64,000 bases of DNA from Podarcis gaigeae (Eukaryota), in assembly GCA_964106915.2 (NCBI GenBank), contig OZ066914.1. The stretch is one strand, 5' to 3'. Shown here one piece after another: positions 23,968 through 38,150 of the stretch; positions within the stretch are counted from its first letter, which is position 1, and each line of letters opens with the position of its first letter. Both the position numbers and the translations under genes were made by a program. The notes below the pieces were generated by a model. The model had not been told where the DNA came from. It saw nothing but the letters and a program-made list of their open reading frames with translations, and did no database searches.

Positions 23968-24373
23968 GGGAACCTTCTCAAAGGCTGGTAAGTGCTTGCC
24001 CAGCCTCAGGAAGGAGGTATGAGAGCTCTGATAGGGTCCTAGAGTCCTCCTTTCTCCTTCCCAAAGCCAGGCAGGTGCTTACCAGCTTTGGGAAGGAGAT
24101 ACAAAGGCTCTAGGACCCTATCAGAGCATCACACTTCTTTCTCAAAGGTTGGCTTAAGGTGGCACTACAAGGTCTGTGGGGAGAAAACAAATATTCTGAA
24201 TCTCAGAAGCCAGAACAGCAAGAGGGATTGCTGTGCAGTGAAAGCAGCAATCCCTCTTGCTGTTCTGGCTTCTGGGATAGCTGCGCAGCCTGCATTCACT
24301 CCATAAGATGCACACACATTTCCCCTTACTTTTTAGGAGGGAAAAAGTGAGTCTTATAGAGCAAAAAATACGG
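23968..24373. mobile_element. Tc1/mariner-type non-autonomous element end with internal hairpins
   Basis: Terminus gtcttatagagcaaaaaatacgg followed by TA; internal inverted repeats 24025-24127 and 24204-24274; left boundary uncertain. Confidence 0.6.
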
Positions 24374-26951
24374 TAATTAAATAATGTCATTAATACTTTT
24401 CCACAGTTTTTATTGTGCTTCTGAAAGTTGGCACAAAATGAACTGCAAATTATGGCACTTAGTGGCAAGTTTGGCAATAGTTCTTCATCCCGCGCTAATG
24501 TACAAGAATGCTCACTGAAAATGTAAACTCACAGCTTATTGTTCAAGAAGAAAACAGAAAGGCATTCTGAAAGGCTTTAGATATATATGACTACTTTGTG
24601 TGTGTTTCATGCCACTTATATCCAATACCATCGCATTTCCCCACAGCATTTCTTGCTGGCCCATTCCCAATCAATTTTGCCCTTATTTTCAGAAAATGTC
24701 CACTAAATGAAATTGAAGCAAAACACAAATCTGTTTCTTTCACCTGTTTCCTCACTGGATTTGGTCTGTCATGGGCACAGTACCAGCTAAATGGCTTTAT
24801 ACTGCCATCTCCTGGTATTTTATATCACAATTCGTGCATTTTTTAAAAATTATAAAAAAAACCCTGCAAAACTTTACAGCATACTTTATTCTGCACATAT
24901 GAAGAATGGAAAACAATGGAAGTACATTGATTTAGAAAAAAAGCATTTTTTGCAGTTTGCAGACAGGGAAATTACATTTACACAATTGCTTTTGTGTAGA
25001 TATTATTATTATTTTATTAAATATCAAATATTAAATAAATATTGATTGATTTTTTTAAAAAAATTGTTCCTTTTCCAAATAAAAATTCCACTAAGGCAGA
25101 TTACATATGAAAATAAGAGTACTGTATATCAACTGTGGTTGAATATAACACCTCCACTAAAACTCCCAGGGACAATTCAGATAAAATGTTCAATTATCAT
25201 AGTTTATAAAAACAGCAGTAAAAGATCCCCACAACTTAACAGCACTGCGTATCTAAAAGTAGCTATTACTACTACTATTACTAACTACTACTTTATGTGC
25301 TACTTTTCTGCTATTCTACCTAGGGCAGCTTTCATCATCGATAAAAACAGTACTATATAAGCACAAAAATACACAGATTGGTAAAACATATAATCACCAT
25401 TAAGGTGAGTACACATTAGTGTTGTACTAAATGGGACTTTTTTCTAGGCATCCCCACCCCCCAGTAAAATATCAATAGGCAACTGCCTGGTGACCACTGG
25501 TTTACTCCCAGTGTGAACTTTTAATACTTATATCTTTTTTCATTGTATGCCCTTAAACAAAGCTGTGTGGCCATTTCCTTTTCAAACATTCATGTGGTCA
25601 CATTCCCACATTAATTAATTTGGCAGCTTAGCTTGGGGTAGCCAACATGGTTCCTTGCAGATGTTGTTTTACTCCAGCTTCTGTGAGCCCCAGCCAGCAT
25701 GGCCAGTAGCCATGGATGATGAGAGCTGGAGTCCAGCAGCATCTGAATTATGAGTGTTATGATGGGAGTTGTAGTTGAACAACTCTGATTACTCTAGGCA
25801 GTCCCTCACAAGTGTATCTGTTTAACATTTGTCTACAAGCACTTGCTCATGGTAATTCCATTTGCACATGATGTTAAATGTCAAGTATGGTGTGGCCCAG
25901 AATCTGTATATACACCCAATGCAGTGATATCACTGTATCTTTCTCTGGAGAGAAAGCCATAAATGGTTATACTAGAATTGGTAGGTTTTTTTAAATGGGT
26001 TTTGTTTTGTAGGGTTTTCTTTTTTTAGTCTACGCAGCTGAAATCATTCAACAGTATTCCCCCTTGTAAGATGTTAGAAGGCAGAACTGTTTTACAAACC
26101 TGAAACGAAAGGTACGCAGTTAATGGGGAAAGTGTTCCATAAGCAATGCTTAGAGAGAAAAGGAATGAAGGAAGAAATTACACTTGAAATCTCTGGGGCA
26201 CCATGTGAGTGCACCAAGCACACAAGAAAAATGTTACTGATAACTCTGTCACTCAAAGTAGCTGGAAGCAGACTCTGAAGATTAGAACAGGGGCTGCTAT
26301 GCATGCCATCATCCAATCATCATGTGTGCAAAACACTTCAGCTAAAACAGAACTCTATTCCGCCCCCCCTTGCTATTAAGAATACATTCTGAACTTACAT
26401 TATATTTTTTCAGACAACGTACTTCACTTGAAATAAAATACATTTCAGGACTCCAGTGTATTGGAGATTTTTGCAAAACATTTTCAATGTTTCTTAGGGC
26501 TTCCTAAGCAGAAAACTCTGTATTCCTTGTGTGATTTCACTGCGCTACTTTAAACAATCAGCTAACTGATTGCTTTAAAATGTCAAAAACAGGAGGCCTA
26601 TATTCTCTCAGATAGGCCCTTTCCCCAATTTTGGGGTAGTTTTCATTTTCTCTTTTCCTTCTTCTCATCATGCATTTCAGAGAGCGAGCACAGGGTAATG
26701 GTTAGTGTGTAGGATGAGGACCAGAAAAGAACACCGAGCTCACCCGCCCCTCTCCCATGCAGAGCAGGGCTGTTATGAGCATGAAATGTGGGGTGAACTT
26801 TTAGGATAATAACGCCCCCTTGAGCTCCTTGGAGGAAAAGCAAGTTGGAAATGTAATAAATAAATAAAGTGAGACTAATATTGAATTCTGTTTTGCAAGG
26901 AATAATGTAGAAAGTGTTACTTTTTTGCACGAAGACAGACAGCATCATGTA

Positions 26952-27305
26952 AAAGGGACCCCTGACCATTAGGTCCAGTTGTGACCGACTCTGGGGTTGC
27001 GGCGTTGATCTCGCTTTATTGGCCGAGGGAGCCAGCGTTTGTCCGCAGACAGCTTCTGGGTCATGTGGCCAGCATGACCAAGCTGCTTCTGGTGAACCAG
27101 AGCAGTGCACGGAAACGCCGTTTACTTTCTCGCCGGAGTGGTACCTATTTATCTACTTGCACTTTGATGTGCTTTCGAACTGCTAGGTTGGCAGGAGCAG
27201 GGACCGAGCAACGGGAGCTCACCCCGTTGTGGGGATTCGAACCGCCAACCTTCTGATTGGCAAGTCCTAGGCTCTGTGGTTTAACCCACAGCGCCACCCG
27301 CATCA
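26952..27305 (-). mobile_element. Sauria SINE with 13-bp TSD
   Basis: Full-length copy; acagcatcatgta at 26939-26951 and 27306-27318. Confidence 0.93.
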
Positions 27306-30300
27306 ACAGCATCATGTAGGTCAAATTCAAGCAGTTTGAAAGCTTGGTCCATATATTTCACAATAATTATACCTAATGATTCCCTTTAGTTACATTCCAC
27401 ACAGCTCTGGTTATATGTGTAGTAGCTAGAACTCTCTTCAGGGTGATCCTGGGGATGATAGTAGTATTGTATGTGATCTGTCTCTCCTGTTTTTCTATTG
27501 CAGGCCCACAACCCTAAGACCACAGATGCAACCATCACAGGCCAAATTTGCTACTGTACTGTAATCAACCTAGTACCAAACTGGCTATAGCAAAAATAAA
27601 GCACAGTGACCAAGTTTCCTGGGGCAGAGTGAAGCTCTGTTCTTTTGCTCTCCATTTTGCCCAAGCGAGCCAGGCATGTCCTTCAATCAAGTTCCCGAAT
27701 ACTGCAAGCACAGAATATGTTCTCTGGCAGGAAAACTGAGAAATTCTGATGGCAATTTCCACCGGCAATAACCATCTCTTCCTCCCCACAAAGTAGGGGG
27801 TGTCTGCCAGATCCCCAATTCCTGGTCAGGAAAAGTAAACTGGGTAAGAGGAATAGAATGACTATATTCTGAACAGGGGCTGCTAACACTACAACATTTT
27901 GTTGCAGGTCTCCTTTGGGGAAGCATTGTTTGAGAAAGCAAGATGAGCTCTTGAACACCTAATCATGACAGCAGCTTGGCAAACATATGGTTCTAATTTG
28001 GATTGTTACGCTCACAATGTCAAAGTGGTATAATCAACCCCCTGTTTATAGAACCCATTACATTCTTCTGCTTCTCTTAAAAACCTAATGCAACATTTAT
28101 GTAATATGAAGGATCTTATTCTTGTAATGGGCTCAGTTTCCCCCTGAAAGCCTCTATAATCACTTGCCGGAGTTCAGAGATCAAAGTACCCTGGAATATC
28201 CACCTCTTAGAGTGAATCATTAACTCAAATATTCTAATAATAGTAATCTGAGTTTTTAAAAATGTCATGATTTATCTGATTATGCAAACAAATTAAAAGA
28301 CAGTCTCCTGAACCGCAAATCACTTGCTAATGCAAAGTCCTGCTTTCTGCAGAATGAATTAGAATTACCTGCAAATATTTGAAAACATAAGTGCCATTCA
28401 AGTTGATGCCTCTCATTTACAATTTAAAAGCCCTGCAAAGATCAAAGGAACTTGTGCAGCTACCTAAAGATTTGCCTTTTAAAACCCTACCTGCATACAT
28501 TTGCATTTTCCATACTTTATGAGATTTAAAAGTGTCACCGGTCTGGTACCAAAGTATTAACTCATACGAACTGCTGCAATGCTGATGGATATTTTTGTCA
28601 TGTTGAATTGATTGTTGCTTGCCCAATCAACTTTTTAAATACACATGTGTCTTACAATAAGTTTCACAAATCCTACTGTGAATGCTATTTTCCAGTGTTT
28701 GCTTCCACAAAGGCTATTTTGTGTGGGGTTGGTAATGGACAGAATGAGGTTGCCTAAACATTAAAAAAAGTTCTGTATTCAAATAACTGTCCAGTGTGAA
28801 AGGCTTTGCAGTTTTCTGAGGTAATTCAGACTTTACATTTTAAAAGTCACATAGTCATTACTAACTCATTTGTGTAGAGGAAAACCACAGGGTAGGAGCA
28901 GTGAAAGCTGGGCCATCAGAGCAACCAGGGCTCAGCCCTAGACAGTGATTTTTTTCTCATGTTTCCCTGCAAAATTTGAAAGCCATCCTTTCACAATCCA
29001 TTTCAATGTAGACAGTCTAGCTAAGTCATGCCCATTGAGATCAATTAATGAATGTAAGTTACTTAAGTCCATTGATTTCAGCAAGTCTACTTGAGTATGA
29101 TGAACAATGGCTATCCCCTGATCAATTTATTAAATATGAATATAATCAAAACCTCAATATAGGCATCTTTCTGAGATCTTGAAGAAAGTGTAAGATAACA
29201 TACAATTTAATAAACAAAACCTACCACTCACTGTCAGAAAAAAGTATATTTAATATTTTCCTTTTCATTCCCTGCAATATTTTCATTTTCATTACATGGC
29301 AAAACCAAAGTAGCCTCGATTTTTTTTTAACTCACAGTACCATCAATTCAAATTTGCCCTCACCAATTCACATTGACCCTGAGTAATCAACTAAAGTTTT
29401 GATTAAACTACTGATTAAACTTTACAGCCCTAATATTAACCCATTCCTTATGGCTAAACTGTAGCAATTATCTTGTTATTTTCAAGAAAGCTTGTTTTAT
29501 GCTGAAGTGTTTTCCTCTGTATTCCAATTCATGAGCAGTCAGTATAATTTGGCATCTACTGAGCCCCTGTATAGTTGATTATATGTGATATACAAATTTC
29601 AGGGAAATGGGCTTGAAGCACCCAGGTTGTACTGTCAGCCACAAATGTGGACTGTTAAATCTTAGCTTCTCAGATGCATTGAATGATGGTTCGATAAAGG
29701 CTATTCTAGTGGGTTTCAGAATTCATTGCTTATTATCTTCTTCTTCTTTCCCCGCTACTAGATTTACTTGGCCTTCTAAGGGCATCCTTTATAAAGCCTT
29801 TTTGCTTTCTTGTGTTGCTTCCCTTGGGATACATTCCTGCTTTGGATAAGCATGGAAAGCAGCAGTTTCCGTCTGTTTGATTTCCTCCCACGCTCTTTGC
29901 TGCTGCTGAAAGTAGAGAGCTGGCCAGGGAATTCAATATTAAGACAGCAACTCAGATCCTACAACCTGTGTTGATCTGTTGCAGTTAATATTTGCCTCCA
30001 GGGTGCCCCGGAATTGCATGAACACAACTGGACAGGCATACTGTACAGTTTCTGATGGAGCAGAGCATGCTTTACAAACTTTTAGGATCATCATGCCTGC
30101 AAAATCTTGATCAGAAAGTGGACTACAAAGTGAGGAGATAGATTTCACTCTCCAAAAATTCATCATTCTGCCCAGTAACATTCCTCCCCTCCTGCCCCTT
30201 GCCATTCTTTCATGTAGCTCTATATAGCTTGCTTGTATGTCTCATTCTTTCTCCCTATTCATCATAAAGGGTCTTAAGCAATTTCTTGGCAACTGCAGCA

Positions 30301-31294
30301 AGAAGAGGAAAGGGGAGCTGTATCTCGGTTCATTTGTCCCACAAGAATAAATTTGAAGACATATCGCTACTTTCTTCTGACCGTAATGCATCTCAGGACC
30401 TTCGGGGTGGCAGCAGAATGTAGGCTCATCTTTAAATTCACAATCTGAGTAAGGATGGGGGGGTTTTCATCATCATTTTTCTTTCAAGTATGCTCTGCCT
30501 GATAGAACAGCACATTCTCTCTTTCAGAGAAAATGGACTATTTCAGGAAAGAAAAGTGAAATCTAAGCTACGCCCCCTATAATTCCAAGTGGTTCTGTGA
30601 TATATGAGGAGCAGGCACAACCTTTATTCCAAGAGTTGCTAACATTACTGGTCTCCGCTGTCATCTCAGACTGGAGACTGTTGATATGGATGATGGAAGG
30701 CACTAATACAGCAGAGTCATATAACCTATTCATCCTCGTATAATATATGTGTCCTCTGTTCATGCATGATGCAGGTGAATCACTTTGCTGCAGGGCTCCC
30801 CTCCCCTGCCCCAGAACCTCTTTTTCTGGAAAAATAGCACTGCTTTGAAGTCTTCTTATTTCTGCTTCTGTTTCTCCATCATTGGCTGAGCAAGATCCAG
30901 CTGCTCAGCTCCATTCCCTTGCTTCAGGGAACAGAAGTCCAGCAACTTCATCAGCAAGGGAAAACTTGCCTCCATCTTGAGTTGAGCAAATTCCAGCTGC
31001 TCTGTCCTATATCTTTCCCTCAGAGGTTATCAGCAGGCTCTGACCAAGGATAAGAACACAACAAGAGATCTGAACTTGTTGGATAGCAAACATTTGTTCT
31101 ATCATAGGAATACCATGTTACTCCCGCTGTTGGAACAAGATTTGATTTTTTTCTTCTTTTTTTTACTGTGGGAATCTTCTGTAAGCTGCTTTGAAAGTCT
31201 GCTGGGGCTATAAAGTGGTAAAGATAAAGAGAGATGGGCTATTGTCCTCCTTTGGATCTCTATACACCTGGGATTTCAACTGCCCACATCAATT

Positions 31295-31645
31295 AAAGGT
31301 AAAGGTAAAGGGACCCCTGACCATTAGGTCGCGGATGACTCTGGGGTTGCGGCGCTCATCTCGCTTTATTGGCTGAGGGAGCTGGCGTACAGCTTCCAGA
31401 TCATGTGGCCAGCATGACTAAGCCACTTCTGGTGAACCAGAGCAGCACACGGAAATGCTGTTTACCTTCCTGCCAGAGCAGTACCTATTTATCTACTTGC
31501 ACTTGATGTGTTTTCGAACTGCTAGGTTGGCAGGAGCAGGGACTGAGCAACGGGAGCTCACCCCGTCGTGGGGATTCGAACCGCAAACATTCTGATCAGC
31601 AAGCCCTAGACTCTGTGGTTTAGACCACAGCGCCACCCGCATCCC
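31295..31645 (-). mobile_element. Sauria SINE flanked by a 38-bp direct repeat
   Basis: (AAAGGT)n tail at the left end, head at the right; 31254-31291 is identical to 31674-31711. Confidence 0.93.
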
Positions 31646-32689
31646 TATACACCTATACATCTCTATATACCCAGGATCTCTATACACCTGGGATTTCAAC
31701 TGCCCACATCAGCTAAACCCCTTTGGAAAAAACCCTAAAAGATAAAATAGGCATGGTTGAAAGTGTGTCAGTAGCAGACGGTCTGCTTCATGCAGATGCT
31801 AATCTTCTTAGAACAATGCTTATGCAGTTTCCTTCTCAAACAGCTACAAATAAGGGATGGTATAAACCTGCTTCAGGCATCTTTACAGGCCCAGAGCACT
31901 CTTCCTTCGTAAATGTTGTCCTGGCAACCTGAATTTATAATCTCACACAAAGTGTTATCTATAAGACTTGACACAAAATTTAATTTTAGAATACGTCTGT
32001 GATAATTTGAAGTGCTGCATTTTATTTTTTTAATAGCATGATTTATTTTTCAGGTAAGGCTACCCAGTTGAAACCTTGACAACAATTGATTAAAACTTTA
32101 GCTACACACTTATTGAATCACAGCACAAAGCAATTTTTAGAGGAACTAAATATATGAGCTCCCAATGGAAATTATCGTTCAGGACTTTTGTAAAGTTCAA
32201 ATATCCAGAAATTCTCGATTCCTTTTATTCATATATTGATTAGCTTTTGGTTGAATCAGGCATGAATCTTCTCTGGACTGTTTGTAATGACCTTAGAAGG
32301 CTAGCACACATCACCTGTTTATATAGAACTATATTTTCACCCTCTATTTATAACTCTCCAGACTTGAACAAAGTATTGGACTACTACTGACCTTTGCTGG
32401 GTCACACCTGTGTAGATCTCTGAGCAATATCCAGTTTGGTGCTATAATCCACTAGAGTCTGACCTTTCAGAAAGACCAAACATATAACCCCAATATTAAG
32501 AAGCACAGAACCAAAGAAAATAGATTATCAGGACCCCGAGTATGGAACCAGAAGACCTCCATGTAATGCATAAGTAACAAAGCAGCATTTCAGTTTTCAG
32601 TGTGAATAAATTTAATATTCACTTCCATTCACATTTTTAAATGTCAGAATAGTACTCAAATTAATGGGTTAGACATCTATATTTCCTAA

Positions 32690-32892
32690 CAGAGCTTTCA
32701 AAACTTTTCATGTTGGTGTCACACTTCTTCTGCATCATTTCTCAACGCAATAATTCAGTTTTACTAGCAAAACAGAGGTTAAACTAACCCCTTTCCAGCC
32801 CCGGGAGGAGCATAGGTAGCGTTTGCGTGGCACACCTACAACATTTCAGCTGACACACTAACAGGTCGCGACACACATTTTGGAAAGCTCTG
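32690..32892. mobile_element. hAT-like MITE
   Basis: TIRs cagagctttcaaaa / ttttggaaagctctg; no intact TSD. Confidence 0.6.
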
Positions 32893-33597
32893 TCTGTGAA
32901 GTAGAGGAATTAAAGAGTCCTGCAGGTGCTAGTTGGAGTTAATTGTTAGGTGCCTACAGATTTTAGCTCAAATGCCTGAAGGCTGAATTGATATTCTGGC
33001 AAGGAAATGGTCCGACTATCTCCTGCTATTCATTTCATTGTCAATCCATATATGTTATGGAGGGAGGTAGAAATAGTTGCACCTGGAAATAAATGGATGC
33101 TAATTCTATAACTCTAAATATGACTGAGTTCAGTGGGGGTTTTGAATTTTATTTTCCTCATTTATATCAACCAGAGTTAAAGTGATTACTTTTTTCTGGG
33201 TTGTATTTAAAACTAATATAAGCTGGTGTGTATACACACGCACACACCCACCCACCCACCCTGTGTATACTGCAATTTCATCAAAAGTATCAAAGCAGTT
33301 TACAACCATTATATATGCAAAATAAAAAGCACAGGTTATTCTTATTTAAACAGATTGCCAATTTACTATTACAGAAAGTGTTTAATCTCACTTGTCTGCA
33401 TAAGCCTAGATGCAAAGGAAAGTTTTCAGCAAACATTTAAAAGTCAATATTGAAGATGCCTGCTAAATCCCTGCTGGAAGAACCTTCCACAGGACTAGAC
33501 AAATTACACTAAAAGTTTGGTTTTGTGCTGATGCCACATGAGCCTCACTAACCTGGGACACAACCAGCAACACTCCTACAGATAGATGATCCCAGTG

Positions 33598-33705
33598 ACT
33601 GAGCTAGGATATAAGGGTTCAGGCACTCTCTAAGTGACTTGGACCCAAGTTGTAAATTAATACAAAGACTTTGAACTTGGCTTGGTAGCAGATGGACCGC
33701 CAGTC
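33598..33705 (-). mobile_element. L2 ORF2 C-terminal fragment
   Basis: DWRSICYQAKFKVFVLIYNLGPSHL resembles the L2 LHWLP..RI.FK.L.L.YK..LGP.YL motif. Confidence 0.6.
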
Positions 33706-35349
33706 AGGCCCAGGCAGAGGGGGTGGCCAGCTGTGTACACTTGCCCTGGGCCTTGGAGGGCTAAACCAGCTGTGGAGTGGGGTGCTGCCAGGGACCGGCT
33801 GCTTTTTCTTCTTTGAGCTTATAACTTTACTCTTAAGAAGACTCCTGCCCCAGGCCTCAGACAAGCTCTGCACGGTCCTGCAGCCAGTGCAGATGTTTTA
33901 ACAATGGTGTCTCACCAGAGCTCAGATGTCCTTTGAACCCAATCACCCCACCAACCATGAAACATTCATGGATCCCCTTGGATTAATGGATCCACTTGTG
34001 GATTAATTTCCACAGATCTAATTTCTCCTCTAAGAGAAACACAGCAATGTGGCTTGAAGATGAGCAGATTAAGGATATATCCAGGTAGATGTTTGGGTCT
34101 CCTAGAAAGGACAAGAATAAGATAACATTAATGTCAGATATAATGTGTTTTCATGTGTCCTGACACCATGATGATCACCATTTCACTGCCACATGTAATT
34201 GGCTGATACCAGCTGGTGAAGAAACACAGAATGTTGTGCTATTTGATATGAGTTACTTCAATTAAATTATTAGGCACAGGGAAGCTTAAAAGCTGGCTAT
34301 TTTGAATGACACATGTATATTTAGTGTCACTTCTAGCCAACGTAGCCATATTCTTCTTCTTCTTCTTCTTCTAGATTTACTTTGCTTTCACATTTTCCAC
34401 AAATGCACTTTTACATTTGCCCTGATGTATTCATGTTCATCGGCAATACATGTTGCCACTAACACACCTGTCTGACTGGAATGTATTTCATAATGCATTG
34501 CTTATTCAAACCCTTTGGGTTGTTTTTTTTTTTTATTGGCCGAAAGCCCATTTGAGTTTGCTGTTCTTCATTCTGAACATATTGTTTCTTTCCTAGGAAG
34601 GCTCAGCTTCAAAGTACAAAGCTCTCTTTCAGGTGGAGGAGTCCCAGCTGCCTGATCCCATCTAAACCTGACAGCTGCCTGGCCTTTTCCTCAGGCGAAG
34701 TTCTTCTTTTGGCATGGTTGCTCTTTGGTTGACAAGTTCAATAACTACTGCATACGTTTGGATGAATGATGTCGCTGGTTGCCTTGAAGGATATGTCGCC
34801 AGGTTTGTAAACAAGAGAATATGCATTAACAGGCAACAGTGGCTTGGATTCTGCTGTGAGAGCAGAAGGTGCTTCTACTAGTACAGGAGAGGTAACCAAT
34901 TCTATTTCCCACCTGCACCTCTCATGCCCTATCAAAACAAGTCCCAGTACAGGAGTGGAGAACCTGTAGCCTTTCCAGATTTTGATGGGCTACAACTCTC
35001 ATTGTCCCTGATCATTGGCTTCTTGGCCAGGGCTGATTGGAGTTGGACTCAAATATGCTGGGAAAACCACAGGTTGTCCACCCTTGCTCTACTCGGTAAG
35101 GGCACCTTTCAGATAAGTTTTTCAGGTGTTGCAGAGAGCTGCAGTTTGTGTGTAGAAGGACAGGTTGCACCTGTGAAGTGTGTTTTGCTTGGGTTGCAAA
35201 ATCTTTGGATACCAGTTATCAGCTTTTTGAAATTGTCTTTTCTTGCAAACTCAACTTTGCAAATGTTAATTATGTATCAAAGTGCTTTGTTTTTGTTTTC
35301 ATGTAAAGGAAATGGATGTCTCTCAACTTAGAAATAAATGTTCTGAATG

Positions 35350-35583
35350 GCAGTTCGAAAGCACGTCAAAGTGCAAGCAGATAAATAGGTACCGCTCCGG
35401 CGGGAAGGTAAACGGCGTTTCGGTGCACTGCTCTGGCTCGCCAAAAGTGGCTTAGTCATGCTGGCCACATGACTCAGAAAAACTGTCTGCGGACAAACGG
35501 CTTATAAAGTGAGATGAGCGCCGCAACCCCAGAGTCGTTCGCGACTGGACTTAACTGTCAGGGGTCCTTTACCTTTACCTTTT
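35350..35583 (+). mobile_element. 5'-truncated Sauria SINE; small opposite-strand fragment at about 35631-35667
   Basis: Body from gcagttcgaaagcacg to the (ACCTTT)n tail. Confidence 0.9.
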
Positions 35584-38040
35584 AAAGGGGGATTTAAATG
35601 TAAAATGTATACAAAAATATTGCATCCCCCCCCGGGTTATGTGGCCAGCATGACTAAGCTGCTTCTGCCTCACCTCTTTTTTCCTTTTAGACCTAAAGCA
35701 GCCCTCAGAAGGCTACCCAAGTGGTTCCCTTTCTCTGCCAAAAACATATCTACCTGTTTGACTCTTTGAGTGTGCATGCAAATTGGGGGCTAAGCTGGCA
35801 GATATGGTCCTCCCCACTTCTTTTATTGAATATCAGGAGTAGAAGATGAGAAACAGCTGCTACATCACTAGCCACTCCTCAATGTTTTAGCATAAGCAAC
35901 CACCGCCCATTGCTTGGGCGTCTTATCCAAGAGATATTTTTCAACAGCAAAATAAAAATACAGAGGAAAATGGATGTTTAGAATTATTTTAATGTTAAAT
36001 CTGTCTTACAAAAATACACTTTATTTTAGAAGAAATTTTCAGGCTTTTGTAAACAAACTTGTCTCTTTTACACAGGCATTGTTACTACTGTTCAGCCCAA
36101 AGGGCAGTAATAATATTTTTTTCTAAAAAAAAAACCCTGGCTGTTCTTATAAGAGCACAAATGGGCATTTTGAACCATTAGTAGTAGTTAGGTAGTATGT
36201 TTAAAAGCTTTTGTTAAAAATATGTTAATGATTTTCCTCTTATCAGTAGCATCAGCCTTGCGAATAAGCCCACAAAGTTTAGTAGCCAATGTTTATTTTA
36301 TTTTATTTTTTACAAGTCTGACAAGAGGCTATTCCACTATGTTTCCATGCTGGTGATGGAGACATACAACCCTCTTACTTCAAAGTCAGCATGGGAATGC
36401 AGGGTTCTGGACAGGCTGGAAGAGGAAGGACAGAGCTGATGAATAGGTTCCTTTTCCTCCAACCCAGCACAGAAACCAAGCAGATTGCTGAGGAGGAATG
36501 GCAAGACCTACCACCTCCTGCATGGAATTCTGTGCCCTTGGCTTGCATGACATTCCATGTTGCCACACAAGTTGTAAACTGTAAGGCTGAGTAATGCCTA
36601 GGATACCACAGTAAGATTTTATTCCTGAGCATTCTGATTTAACCGGCCCTGGTGTGCTTTAGAATGACATTAACTGCCTTACATAGCAGCCGTACATTGA
36701 ATAAACAGAGATGCTTGGATTTGAAAATTAGCACATTAAGCAACATCAATATAAAGCATACTTTGTTATGTACATTTTCAAGAGAACTAGGCTTTCCACT
36801 TCTATTTTCATACAAGGCATCTTAAAAGTGTAAATTCAAGAGATAGCACCCAATTGAACTGAAACATTTTACAGCATAGTCCGTCTGGATATTCTGCTCC
36901 AAAGAATACCCTTTTGCACAGCCCCTCTTCATGACAGTGGGGTTTATTATGCAGGTGAGGGAGTTCCAGCTGTGTGTTGGAGCCTGCATGTCCAGAACAA
37001 GCAGTTGGCTTGCAGCAGATAAATGGTGCTCACTTCTTCTTTCTACCCATATGGTTAAAAAAATGCATAAACTATGACAGCATAGTATGTGCACACGTAT
37101 AGGAACACAGCTACAAGGTTAGTGTGTGGGGTAGTGAACTGCAAATTCAGAGATCCAATGGTGGACACAGAGTCTCAAGGTTAGTATTTGGAAACCCTGA
37201 CCTCTAAATTGCTGTAACCAACTGTAGGTGGCCAGTTATCACCAAAATAACATTGAAAGAGCCCCAAATCCCAAAAGTGTAAAGGATCCTGGAGTTGTGG
37301 GTGTGAAGCAGATGCAGTCTTGCCAATGCAAAGTTGCAACAACCTTGGCAGAAGGTAAATGGCTGCTTAAGAAGAAGTTCACGCGCTTGCGATGCACTAT
37401 AGGTCTGCTTCAGGGTGGCTGCATCCTACCTGGAGAGGCCTTGGTGTGGGGAAGCATCAGAAGCAGAGCTGCTTATGGACTCGGGAGCCTTAGCTAGAAC
37501 AACTTGAAGATTAAAGTCTTGCCTCACTATACACTGTAGGATATAGTAATCCCTTGAGTCATATTCATTTGATTGCTGACTTTCATGATCTCACAAACCA
37601 AATGCTTAACTTCTGTTAGTAGTTATCAGCATAAATATTCATGCAGGGGCCCAGTAGAAAGAACTGTAAAACTACCCAAATGTTCAGGAGGAGCTATTTA
37701 AATATTAGGATTAAGGACAGAGGATGACTTCATTTTAACAGAGTTTGACTGTTCTGTTCCAATCAAGCTTTGCCCATATTGGATTGTCTCTTGCATTGAA
37801 CATCCGGGCTGCTTGTGCTTTTTCTTAAAGCGAAATTATTTGCAAAATGTATGTCCATCATGCATTTCAAGGACTCAAGTCCCATGCGGGTATTTTTGTA
37901 CAGTTATATGCATAGTTCTAGGTCCCTGCTCATGTGCTGGTTACTTAAGGAAACCTGGACTGCCCATATATAGATATGACATTACATGTATAATTAAAGG
38001 GGTGGGGAATCAAAAAGACTGGGTGGGTGAGCTTAATATA

Positions 38041-38109
38041 TCATCTATCTATATCTATCTACATCTATCTATTTATCTCTATCTATCAATCTATCTATCA
38101 TCATCTATC

Positions 38110-38149
<40 letters not shown>

Positions 38150-38150
38150 A
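38041..38150. repeat. (TATC)n tetranucleotide microsatellite
   Basis: Imperfect array seen directly. Confidence 0.95.
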
